Assembly (NCBI RefSeq): GCF_009914755.1
Contig: NC_060941.1
Length of the DNA stretch: 64,000 bases
Strand: one strand, 5' to 3'
Source of the DNA: the human T2T-CHM13v2.0 reference genome, Homo sapiens
The number at the start of each line of letters is the position of its first letter. The first letter of the stretch is position 1. Made by a program: the position numbers and the translations under genes. The notes under the pieces were generated by a model. It made no database searches. It saw only the letters and a program-made list of their open reading frames with translations, and was not told where the DNA came from. Shown piece after piece: positions 48,696 to 62,071 of this stretch.

Positions 48696-49846
48696 CTGAA
48701 ATGGTTGTTTGACAATTTTGTTCAGTTTTTTAAGTGCTTTTGGGGAAAGGGTTGGCTGAGATCTTCACTCGGCCATTCCAGAAATCACGATACTTTTTTT
48801 TTTTAACAACGTACTGACTGTAAGTTAGAGACAAATATTTGTTTCACCTCATTGCATATGAACCAACCTGAATCATCCTTTAAAAATTATCACAGTCAAA
48901 TGAATTTTTATAAGTAATAGTAGAGGCAAAATAAAATAAAACTGAAAATGAATAAACAAATTTTAAAAAAAACCCACAGATGAAATGAACCCATTTGGAA
49001 CCAACAATTTTAAATCTAGACTTATTAAAAAATACAAAATACAAAAGGCAAATTATTGGTACTTTTAATGAAAGAGGTCCTAAACTTGATTCTGCCAGTC
49101 CCATGTAATTTCAGGTCCTCAACTTCTATAAATCTTGGTTTCCACTTTTACAAAATGAGAGACACTAATTTCATGCAGTTATTCTAAGGACCAGATGAGA
49201 TAATGTAACTACATGTATTTTACAAAGAATAACTTTCTATGAAAATATAAGATTATATCAACCTTATTTTTTGAAATAGGGATGCTATGAGTAGTTGTAA
49301 AATAAGCCAATAAATATAAATATAGGCTATAAAGCATTATTTCTACCTATGCTAAGTGATATTTACCTCAGAATATATTACTATAATAAATTAGATTGTA
49401 ATATTCTAAGAAAAAAAGTCACTATAGCCACATGAAAGCCTTTATGTATGTCCTTACAATATCTGGTTTCTACATGTCAATTATTTTAAAATCCTACGTT
49501 AATATATTTTAAAATCTTTTAGTAGCTAAAAACTAGAGACAATCAAGAAAACACTCAAGAATATCAAGACTGAGTCTTCTGAGTATGAATATTTAAAAAA
49601 CTACATGAAAGTTGGGCACATTGGTGTACACCTGTAATCCCACCTACTCAAGAGGCTGAAGTGGAAGGATCTCTTGAACTCAGGAGAGTTCAAGACCAGC
49701 CTGGGCAATACAGTGAGACCCCATCTCAAAAGAAAAACCAAGACAGAAAATAAAACCAACAAACAAAAACTACATGAGACTAGAGTTTTATGAAAGCAAC
49801 ATTTAAAAAAATAGATTTTGCTTAATCTTCTTTAAGAAATAACCAT

Positions 49847-50236
<390 letters not shown>

Positions 50237-51322
50237 AAATAACCGTTTTTAAAACTTGTCATTTAAAAACTTAGAAAATATATCTACTACTTTAAATATC
50301 TATATCTTAATTGGCATGTCCTGTTTAAATGCTGAATATGTAATCCTATTCTCAGGTATTCCAAACAACTCTATTTTAGTAAACTCCCATCTATCCAGAA
50401 ACCCAAGCCAGAAGAAACTACTGAAAAGTTTGTATGCACAATACTTTCAAGAAAAAGTCAAATGACAGTACCTATTGAGAGTTTATTTTAAAAGCAAATT
50501 TTACTAGAAATTCAGTCCTATTTCTGAAACTATCTACACAAATGTGTAGCATAATAGCAATGTCACAAAGCAATGAAAGACACTCAAGTTATTAAAAATT
50601 GGACTATAGCTATAAAATATGCATACCTTTGTTTTTTAAATATAATCCGGATATTTGATCTTAAGTAATTTATCCTAAAGTAAATCCTTAAGCCAAGACA
50701 TAGAGATTTTATTAACAAAATTGGTCCAATATGCTTATACTAAAAAAGAATAATAGAGAATGAACAGGAATGCTAGCCAATCATTTAAAATTATATTCAA
50801 AGAAGGCTTTATTCTAATATATTAAAGTATTATTTTATATGATCTAGAGTGAAAATAGGAGCAGGGAATAAAGTAGGTATTTCAGAATATTCCCATTTTT
50901 ATATGAATTTTACAAATATCACTGTGGGCATATGTTTATATGAATATTAAAAATGTCTACAGCAATTATCTATAAATTATCTATAAAATCTTTCTCTGCT
51001 TCTTTTTGTTTAGCTCTATTTTCTAATTTTTCCAACAATAAACATATTTTTGTACTAAAGAAAACTGGCTACCTTTTATCTCATTTCAAAAAATGAAATT
51101 TAGTATTCAGTGCAATTTTAATGTTAAATAGAATTTGCCTTCTTAATTAATCTATAGTACCTTCCCTTATCTAGGAAGGTACTTTAACAAAAATATTTCA
51201 ATATGTAACTATTTTTGAGAAATAGTTAATGATTACATTAAAATAGGACATGCTGTTCCTCAGTAACCAATATATTTCAAGTATGTGAAATTTCAACTAT
51301 ATAATTGAAACTACAAATTTAC

Positions 51323-51384
51323 CTAATAATTTGTCCTTCTTCTTCCGGAGTAGCTGGTCTTAACCCCAGAACTATGTGACACAC
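51323..51384 (-). CDS. USP32: USP32 coding exon (~11): VCHIVLGLRPATPEEEGQII(R)
   Basis: 62 nt, cctAG|GTG ... AG|GTAAAT, phase 0/2. Confidence 0.96.
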
Positions 51385-54116
51385 CTAGGGAAAAAAATGG
51401 TAAATCAAAGTTTATTAACTGCATAATATTTCACATTATCTGCATGAGACCCATTTCCTAAATTGGAATCTGAATTAGCAACAGTTTTCAACTCATGAAT
51501 TATCAATTATTCACTTGAGCAAATTTTAACTTTAGCCTTGTGGTTTTGGGGTTTTGTTTGCTTTTTTTAAACAAGCCATTCCAATGGAAGCTAACTTTCA
51601 AATCTCTAGGTAAGAAGGGAAGAGAAAGGGAAGGAAGAAAAAGCGAAAGGGGAAGACATTACCTCAGGAACAGATTTCAGAATAATTCTTCTGACACTTG
51701 CATATGCTAGATTTTAAATAACCAAAACACTCAGCCATGTGTGAGATCTTGGCAAATAAAAGCATAATTCAATATTGTATCATTAACCTAACAAATTAAC
51801 TCTATCAATTTTAAAACACAGATAGAAAATAAAAACAATTTAGCATAACTGTCTGCTTATTCATATATTAATTGCATATATTAATTGTACATATGAGCAT
51901 AACCAAATATGTGACAAAGCACATACAGTAAAATGTAATAAAATTTAGGTGTTGAGTAGATTATTGGATGTTTCCTGAAAAAAACTTTCAGCTTTTCAGT
52001 ATAAAATGTTGGAAACATACATAAGCAAATATAAAGTATATGTTTATTCATTATCACAAAAATAGTGCCACTCCAAGTCCTTAGTAAGAATGACAAAATA
52101 GGAAAGGCAATACCAAAAGTCAAAATGCTATACTCTGTGAGAGCTACAAGATGACTCAGACACAAACTTAAGTGACCAAAATGTTCATACACTGATTATG
52201 AGATAAAGAGTACACTGAATATGTTCGTGTACAAACAGCATATGAACTGTCAACTGTACATGAGCAATACATTGAATGTGTTCATGTACTGTTCATACAA
52301 AAAGTTCGTACACTCAACATGTGATTGTTATTTTAAAAAGTAACAATAGTTTAATTAAAAAAAAAAAAGCCTACAGAACCTACTACTGAAGATCTTATTT
52401 TAAATGAGATAAAAATAGTTGACCAGGCTAGGCTTGGTGGCTCATATCTATAATCCTAGCACTTTGGGAGGCTGAGGCGGGCAGATCACTTGAGGTCAGG
52501 AGTTTGAGACCAGCCTGGCCAACATGGTGAAACCTCGTCTCTACTAAAAATACAAAAATTAGCTGGGGGTGGTGGCACACGCCTGTAATCCCAGCTACTC
52601 GGGAGGTTGAGGCAGGAGAATCGCTTGAACCTGAGAGATAGAGGTTGCAATGAGCCCAGATCCCAACCACTGCACTCCAGCCTGGGCGACAGAGCAAGAC
52701 TCTGTCTCTAAATAAATAAATAAATAAAAAATAAAAAATAGTTGACCCATTTTCATGTTACCAAGCAATTCTGTTGTGTTTATAGTGGTGATCTATATTA
52801 TTTTCATATATATTTTATAAAGCCATCGACTTGAATCTATGCTGAAAATTATAACTTGTAATAAAGCAAATAATTGATTTACAGGCCTATCAGATTATAT
52901 ATGTTTTAAATACATAAAACTTAGTCATTAACTCTCAGGAAGAGACCAATTTCCATTTATTCCAACACAGACGTGTTGCAGACAAGTTATTCTTTGTTTA
53001 AAATGGTAGATCATGATACATATAAACATACTAAACCATTCTGACCTTCACAGTGGTGAAAGGAAAATAAAATAAGAAGAAACTAAAATAACCACTATTA
53101 AATCAAGTTAAATATTTGCGAATAACTATAAAAATGGGAAAATATAAATTATCTTTAAAAATCAGAGCGAGGGAATTAGTTTAACTAGGACAATAGTTAA
53201 AATTTGGCAAGCTCTGTGACTTAGTGTTCACTTCTGGTAGCTTTCCTTCTTTCCTTCCCACTTAATCTTTTTTGGACCTTCTAAAGAATAAAAATTAGGA
53301 AACAGCCTCATACCTTCAATGATCTCTTAACCAGAGAGATGGTATACTTTGAAAAACTTGGGCTGGGCGTGGTGGTTCACTCCTGTAATTGCAGCACTTT
53401 GGGAGGCTGAGACAGAAGAACTACTTGAGCCTAGGAGTTTAATACCAGCCTGGGCAACATAGCAAGGCCTGTCTCTACAAAAAATACAAAATTACCCAGG
53501 CGTGGTGGCACATGCCTATAGTCCCAGCTACTTGGGAGGCTGCGGAAGGAGAATGACCTGAGTCTGCGCAGTCAAGGCTGCAGTGAGCCATGCTTGCACC
53601 ACAGCACTCCAGTCTGCATGACAGAGTGAGATGCTGTCTCAAAATTAAAAATAATAATGATAATAATAATAAAAGAAAAGAAAAATGTATAGCTACCTCC
53701 TTATGATTCATCTTTCTGGTCATACTGCCTTACTTATTAGGAAGGCCTTTTATTTATTTATTTTCTTTTAAAAAAATTCTCTTGGTCAGTCTTATTACAA
53801 GGAAGCCCTTTTAAAAAGACAATAATGAAGAAACTAGCAAATTATGATGGCTTTTGCAACTTATTCTCTATATGTCTATGTACTGCTCTATAATGAGTTA
53901 TAATAATCTACATCCCACTTTCCTATTTCCCACGTCACGATTTTGACAAACTTCAGCAAGCACCCATCTTTCAGACGAGTAATGTAGTTCTTTTTTTTTT
54001 TTTTTAATATATGGTTTTGCAGCCTAGATACAACAACTCTGGCTACTATATGATGGAAAAGATGTAGAAGTACTGGTACTACTACCCTCTGTTGCTGTCA
54101 TTTACCTTAAACATAC

Positions 54117-54200
54117 CTGGAAAAGGAGGTTCAAAAACTCATTGGCAAGAACATTTTTCACACTCCAGATCTGATAGTCTTCCAGAGTAAGATGACCCAT
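54117..54200 (-). CDS. USP32: USP32 coding exon (~exon 10), end of EF-hand region: MGHLTLEDYQIWSVKNVLANEFLNLLFQ
   Basis: 84 nt, tttcAG|ATG ... CAG|GTATGT, phase 0/0; matches recalled USP32 protein. Confidence 0.96.
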
Positions 54201-54224
54201 CTGAAACAGAGACACTCATGTTAG

Positions 54225-54371
<147 letters not shown>

Positions 54372-55993
54372 TGAAATTACAGGTGCCCGCCACCATGCCT
54401 GGCTAAGTTTTTGTGTTTTTCAGTAGAAACGGGGTTTCACTATGTTGGCCAGGCTGGTCTTGAACTCCTGACCTCGTGATCCATCCGCCTTGGCCTCCCA
54501 AAGTGCCGGGATTACAGGCATCTGCCATGATCTAAATGTTGACTAACACAGAAAAGTAATTTCTTCCTCTTTACTTTCCTAACTCCCCTACAATGCAGAA
54601 GGTAAACTAGTTCAAGTTCGTTCCTGTATGTTTTCCTAAATGCATTCAATAGCAAAATTTTACAATTTGTGGTAATGCAAACATATATGGTTTAATCATA
54701 TATGGTTGGTAAAATTCACTAAATATCTCTGAATTTTATCAACGCAGTAAGAAATACTGCCCATTTTCTTTAAAAGGTTTAGGTAACTAAATCAACAAAG
54801 ATGTTCTGGTAACATTATTTGTCCTCGCTTCCTTTTATGCCTCAAATATATTGGTGGCAGTCTGCACTAATAACAAGGAAAATATATACACATATTGTTC
54901 TCTAAAGAGAAAAACATTGACTTGCAGAATCACTGAAGTGTATAGATCAACTGTCTTATAATCAAACAACAGACATGTGAGAGATTTAATAGAAAAATCA
55001 CTGGGCATGGTGGCATGTGCCTGTAGTCCCAGCTACTCCAGAGGCTGAGGCAAGAGGATCGCTTGAGCCCAGGAGCATGAGTCCAGCCTGGGCAACTAGC
55101 AAGACACCATCTCTTTGAAAAAAAAAATAATAAAAATAAAGAAAATCCTCCAAATCAGAATAGAGAAATAAGCTAAAGGGAAAGGAAGAAAAACAAAAAC
55201 TCATTTTTGTTTTTTCAAAAAAGTTCACATTCAAAAAGTAGAAGGCAGGGAGAGGGGTAGGCAAATCACTAGATTATGACTAACACTGAATCACAGAATC
55301 TTTCTTATCATGATCACTTTTCAAAAAATTGTCCTGTTCACTTACAGCAGAGGAAGTGCTGTGATAAGGTTTTTGTTTTTTTTCCACCCAAATCAGTACA
55401 GCAGAGGTCCTTGAATAATGTTTCATTCAATATCATTTTATTATAATGTTAATGGGGGAAAAAATGGATTCCCAGCTGGGGCCACTATCTGTGTGGAGTT
55501 TGCATATTCTTTCCATGTCTGCATGAATTTTCTCCAGGTACTCCGGTTTCCTCCCACATCCCAAAGACATACACGTTAGGTTAACAGGAGTGTCTAAATT
55601 GTCCCACTGTAGTGTGGTATCTGTTGCTGTGAGGAAAGGAACATCAATGCCTGCACCACGGCAACAGAAGAACTTCAAAGGCTATGTAAGATCTGCCAAT
55701 CTCCCAAATCAAGTATACAAAAAACTGGTGAAGAGAGGGTTTGAATTCATACTTATAGGTGAATTCTGGATTGGGCCAGTCAACATTAATCAACTTATTA
55801 TTCCTCACAGATTTCTATTCTCCAGAGTATCCAGGTCCTTCCCATAGAATAAAAAACACTGACCAACAACGTGATTTCATCATTCTAAGAAATATATTGA
55901 TAAGAACACACATGCAGAACTTGAAAGATGTTACTAATAATGAAGAACTACAGAAGCAGAAAACCGGCAGCTGTGACATAATGGAGTTGATAA

Positions 55994-56922
55994 CGTTACC
56001 AAGCAAAGGAGGCTTGCTGCCTGATGAGACAGAAGCCAATACTCTGATGTTGGGTTTTTGAGAAAAGCAAAGGTTTTCACTATAAGCCAACCAAAAAGGA
56101 GATGGGAGTCCAGCTCAAGTCTGTCTCCCTGTGCTTGTTTTAAGGCAATAATTTTATTAAAAAAGCCTTATAGGGTGGATTCTGGGATTGGCAGATGACT
56201 GGTAGAAGGAGAGGATTGGAAAGTCCTTCGGCATGCACAGTTATTTCTTCATGTTACTTCGTGGATCACATGTGCCAATTGGGGGGAGTCAGTATGAAAC
56301 ACACAGTGGGAATTAGCAAGCTCATTCTGCGTAAACTCTACTTAGCCATATTGGTTCTAGCCAATTCAGCCAGTTTTTAAAATCTCACAGTGGAGAGAGG
56401 GTTAGCATTTCAGCAAGTTGTTATTTATTTTATTTTGTTTTCTAAAAAAGACACAGGGTCTCACTCTATCACCCAGGCTGGAGTGCAGTGGTGTGATCAC
56501 AGCTCACTGCAGTCCCAAACTCCTAGGTTCAAGGGATCCTCCAGCCTCAGCCTCCTGACTACAGGCACAGGTTACCAAAACTGGCTTAAAAAAAAGAGAA
56601 AAACACAGAAAAACAAGGTCTAGTTATGTTGCCCAGGCTGGTCTTGAACTCCTGGCCTTAGGCAATCCTCCTACCTTGGCCTCCCAAGGTGCTGGGGTTA
56701 CACAGGTGAGAGCCACCACACAGGCCAGCTTTTTGGTGTTTTTTTTTTCCTTCAATCTGCTATTCTGCAAACTCAAGGAGTTCTGCTGGTTATCAGTTTC
56801 TTACTCTTTGGGGAACAGTTTTAGTTTCAGCTTCTTACTAAGTTGCTTTTTTTCGTAGCCTCTATCCTGTAAGCCCAAGAATATAGTCATTGGTTTCTTT
56901 AACTCTTTAGGGCACAATTTCA
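55994..56922. mobile_element. Solo ERV1-class LTR (MER31/MER4-group-like) with nested antisense Alu (~56425-56730)
   Basis: CGTTACC start (TG decayed to CG) and TTTCA end; 4-bp TSD ATAA (55990-55993, 56923-56926); SEPT7 sequence resumes exactly after it; family name uncertain. Confidence 0.7.
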
Positions 56923-57099
56923 ATAACAAAATAAATGGCAGCTTACTAAGAGTCTTCCTCTGGCACAAATGGAAGAAGAAAAAAGGGAGCAAGCAGATAA
57001 GATGAAGAAGATGGAGATCAAGACAGAGCAGGTATTTGAGATGAAGGTGAGTAAGTAGTTCAAAACCTGAGGGACTCTGAAGTTGAGCTCCAACGGTGC

Positions 57100-57164
57100 C
57101 ATGAAATGATGCAAATGAAAAACATGAAATGATGCAAATGAAAAACATGAAATGATGCAAATGA
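57100..57164. repeat. 23-bp tandem repeat x2.8 (CATGAAATGATGCAAATGAAAAA)
   Basis: Identical units start at 57100, 57123 and 57146. Confidence 0.93.
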
Positions 57165-59149
57165 TAAATGAACATTACGTTCACTTAATGCAAATAAAAA
57201 ACAATTTGGAAGCACAGCAAAAAGAATTAAGAGAAAAACTGTTGTCAGTTTGAGGATGAGTAAGCAAACTGGGAAGCTCAACAACGTATTTTAGAACATC
57301 AGAACTCTTCAAGAACCTTGGCAAAGATCAAGAAGAAAGGGAAGGTCTTTTAAACTCTCTACTGACCAAGAGTTACATATTAGTTGCCAATATGCCATTA
57401 TGCACATCAGTGTTTGTTGGATCCCTTTGACCAATCTGCATCAGCCATTATGATGGATTTAACAGCGTGACAAAAGTGACTTTGTTGTTGATCCTGATGG
57501 AGATTAAGATGCCTTGAATTGTAGGGTGTTGTATACTTAGAAAGTAACAGCTCTAAGTACCTTTCCTACATTTTCTTTTCCTTTTTAAAAAATTAAACAG
57601 ATATCTTCAATTTAATGCAAGAGAACACTTCGCTGTTTTACAGTCATATTCTGGCAGTTTGAATGTTTACAGGACATTCCAAAATGAAATGACTCTGGAA
57701 GGTTTTGATTGAAGATAAATTGCCATAATATGAGGCAAACTATGCTTCTCTATGATAACTATAATGCAAAGTTCCATCTCATGCAGCATATACAATAAGG
57801 TAAATTAGTCTAACACAGGTGACCCTATTTTTTGACCTTTCCATTCTTTAAAAATACACATGGGAAAAAACCCTATATGCTTACAGTGCACCTAGAACTA
57901 CTTTTTTACACAATCCTTTAAATATATATTATTCTTATTTAGTGGCCCCTTTAGCCAGAATCTCATTATTGCTTCATTTTTGTAATAACACTTAAATTTA
58001 GGTATTTTCCACATATTGGCCCAGCTAAAATAGAATATAGCATGTTTCACATGGTAGGAACCAGCAAGGAAGCTTTCCTTTAGCTCCCTTTACACATTTT
58101 ATGGTAAGTAGCAGGAGGAAGGAGGAAGATGCATTTACAGATCACTTCTAGGAAACACTGAGAAGATAAAGACCAACCTGCGGTCTCTTTAGTTTACTAG
58201 AAATAAGAATCATGGCCTTTTAAAGAGAAGAAGTCACTATTTTTCACTGAGCTGTATTCATATATAGCATATATGCCCTTTTTGTTTGTATTGTAAACAA
58301 TTCACGTAACAATGCTGTGATGTAAAAAAACAAAAAAATGAAAAAATTAAATAAATTGTCCCAGTATGAGTGAGTGTGGATATACGTGTGAGCGCGCCCT
58401 TCAGTGGGATGGAGTCTTGTCCAGGGTTGGTTCCTGTCTTGTACCCTGAGCTGCAGGGATAGGCTCTGGCCAGCCACTAACCTGAACTGGAATAAGCGGG
58501 TTGGAAATGAATACAAATTACCATAAAATAACAAGTATGCAATGATCATACAAATGCATGATAATAAATGATATGCTGAGAAAGTACTCAATGAGCCTCC
58601 CATATTTGTTATTGTTAGTTTTTGAACTGCAAGGTGGTAGGAGGTGTTCCTTATAATTTTCATTTTGCAAATTTATCCCTTGATTTAACCCATCACCACT
58701 ATGACTGCTGCTGTCACTCACTAATTCACCAAAAACTGGGTAAATAATTATCTTGTTTTTATCAATCTTTCTTAGATCTGTTTATAGTTCACATTTATTT
58801 CAAAGCTTAATATTAGAAGTGCTTGGGGTCTTTATTTAGAAGTTTGGTGATATTTTTGTGACTAGAAATATGCTGTAGGAACTTAACTCTTGTTTGCCTA
58901 TGGTAAAATTAGTTTTGTTCTATACCCTTTCACTTAAAGTTGCAGTTTCCAAGAACCTAAAGACAACATTAAGTGAGTACTAACTGTACAAGAAGTTAAA
59001 GGCATCTGGAACTGTAATACATTATGAACAAAAGAATCTTTGACTTAAGAGACCTGTTGTTCATATTACAATGCTATCAGAACCATCAATTACTAGATAA
59101 CCATCCATCATTAGTATTCCTCTTGCCTTTGAAAATGACTTTTTGGCTA

Positions 59150-59377
<228 letters not shown>

Positions 59378-59538
59378 TCATTTGAACCCAGGAGGCGGAG
59401 GTTGAAGTGAGCCAAAATCACGCTATTACACTCCAGCCTGGGTGACAAGAGCAAGACTTTAAAAAAAAAAAAAAATACAGGAATAAATCATAGCATAATC
59501 ATAATGGAATACTATGCAGAGGATAAAAAGACTAAGTT

Positions 59539-59663
59539 AATCTATATATAATTTTCTATCTAGCATATGAAAGATGCTTAGTAAACATTTTACTAAGTTT
59601 ATGAAGTAAACATTTATTTACTAAGCATCTTTCATATGCTAGATAGAAAATTATATACAGATT
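59539..59663. repeat. Near-perfect inverted repeat, 47-bp arms, 31-bp spacer
   Basis: 59539-59585 is the reverse complement of 59617-59663 with one mismatch; inner 41 bp perfect. Confidence 0.95.
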
Positions 59664-60379
59664 TAGGAAAATTCAGAAAAAAATTATTGCATAATCGCTT
59701 ATACAGTATTATTCAATTTTTAAATATAGAACACACACACAATACATATAAATTTCTCCTACACTTGATAGTAGTCAGAATAGTATATCTTCCCCTCTAA
59801 CATCCATTGAGAATAACTAAAATTTTAATTCTTAAAACAAAACAAAAAAAACCCAGAAGAACTGCAAGCTCTGCCACATCATGTATCTCAGTCATGAGGA
59901 GGCAAAAGAGAAACATGTCACATAACTTAATGAACTCTACGGGTGAGGATATGATCTGATAAATTTCAACTCATTCAGGAGTTTTACACTGAACAGTCAC
60001 GACTAAAATTCCAGGACAGAAAAATGAAGAATGCCAACAGAGGGAGAAGCTATGTTGAACATAGGCTATATTTCAAAATGCTACTTGTTTATCTTTGAAG
60101 TAATAATTGTCAATGATTCTGCACTGATGACAAAATTAACAGCTAGTGTAAACCCATTTTAATTTTATAGGACTCAGCATCTAGAACAGATAGGAAAATC
60201 ACAGTGAAATATGAAAATGTAATAACTTCTATTAATTTTATTGTTTGAAAATCTAAAATGCTACTAATAAAACTAAAATAAAGGCTGTTTAAAAAGTACA
60301 AATGTAGGCCAGGCACGGTGGCTCACACTTGTAATCCTAGCACTTTGGGAGGCCAAGGCGGGTGGATCACTTAAGGTCA

Positions 60380-60583
<204 letters not shown>

Positions 60584-61260
60584 TCAAAAAAACAAAAATA
60601 AAAACAAAAACAAAAACAAAAAAACAAAAAAAGGACAAATGTAATTTGATATGTGTGATAAATTATTAATACATGGTATAAGAACCTTTTATATCTAACA
60701 GAACAAAATATAAAATGCTCAAGATGGTAAAAAGTATTTTTAAGATGATAATCTGATTCTTTTATATAACCACAAATATTCAAGGAACAATTTTCAGGTA
60801 CACTGACCTCAAAGATATGTTAATACTGTCCAAAAGGAAAGAAACGTCATGAAAAGAAATAATAGATACCACCGTACAGAATCATCATGCATACAATGAT
60901 GATCAAAAGCCCATTTGCTATACTGACACCTGAGTAATAATTAACACACTGTAAAAACATATAGAGCATTATGCTTAAAATCTAGAACTGTAAATGGATT
61001 TTATTTTCTCCCAATTTAATGGATGTTTTACTGACTGCAGTTAGGACTACTGCTAAGCAAGGTATCATATGAACTTTTTCTAAAGCAAATTCACTGACTA
61101 TATGGCTTATTTATTTTGTTTTATGTATGTATGTATGTATTTATTTATTTGAGACAGAGTTTCACTCTTGTTATTCAGGCTGGAGTGCAATGGTGTCATC
61201 TTGGCTCACTGCAACCTCCGCCTCCCAGGTTCAAGCAAAGCTCCTGCGTCAGCCTCCTGA

Positions 61261-61437
<177 letters not shown>

Positions 61438-61942
61438 TGACTTATTTGTAAATGTCCTCCATTTAAATGTGGCCCTGATTTTCAAAATAGTGTCAGCTGA
61501 TCACTTGCTCTGTTCTACTTGAATCTTTGGAGGTTTCTCCATAGTTTGGTATAAAGTTCAACTCCTGAGTTTTGTACCCAAGGCCCTTCAAGATACGTCT
61601 CCAATCCAGGTCTACAGCCTTCAATATATGAATCTGTTATTCCAGCCACATCAGAATATTTGCAGTTCTAGGACTACACAGGATGTTTTACTGTACAGTC
61701 CTATACAGTAATAATGTCTTCTATTCTACCCCTAGTTGTTACCTCTTTTAGGAATCACCTTTCAACTTTTTACTTCTGTTAACCATAATTAACTAATTAT
61801 TAAAGTGCCACATCCCAGCAGAAATCTTCTGGACTTTCAAAGTTCAATTTACATGGTTCCCTTTCTATCCTCTCACCGTAATACTTGGTGCTAACCTTTT
61901 TTTTTTTCCAGACAAGTTCTCATTCTGTTGCTCAGCCTGTAG

Positions 61943-62071
<129 letters not shown>

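Larger units (their letters stand above)
55607..58352 (+). pseudogene. SEPT7 (septin 7) processed pseudogene with large internal deletion, interrupted by an LTR
   Basis: [82 protein letters not shown]; coiled-coil remnants 56923-57353 ending KKKGKVF*; ~1 kb 3'UTR; A-tail 58324-58352; TSD AAATTGTCCCA at 55596-55606 and 58353-58363. Confidence 0.93.
55399..58986 (+). mobile_element. MER6-like TcMar-Tigger DNA transposon split in two (55399-55606, 58353-58986) by the SEPT7 retrocopy
   Basis: TA|CAGCAG... start and ...CTG|TA end (TA TSD); GTGGAGTTTGCATATTCT...GGTTTCCTCCCACATCCCAAAGA core resumes across the retrocopy TSD. Confidence 0.8.

Noticed and set aside
55590-56061. Septin-like ORFs of 85 and 100 aa as a functional retrogene
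   Set aside because: Frameshift at the P-loop, non-ATG starts (the first begins in transposon sequence), large deletion and LTR interruption
57100-57200. CRISPR-like repeat array
   Set aside because: Units are contiguous with no spacers, in a eukaryotic pseudogene context
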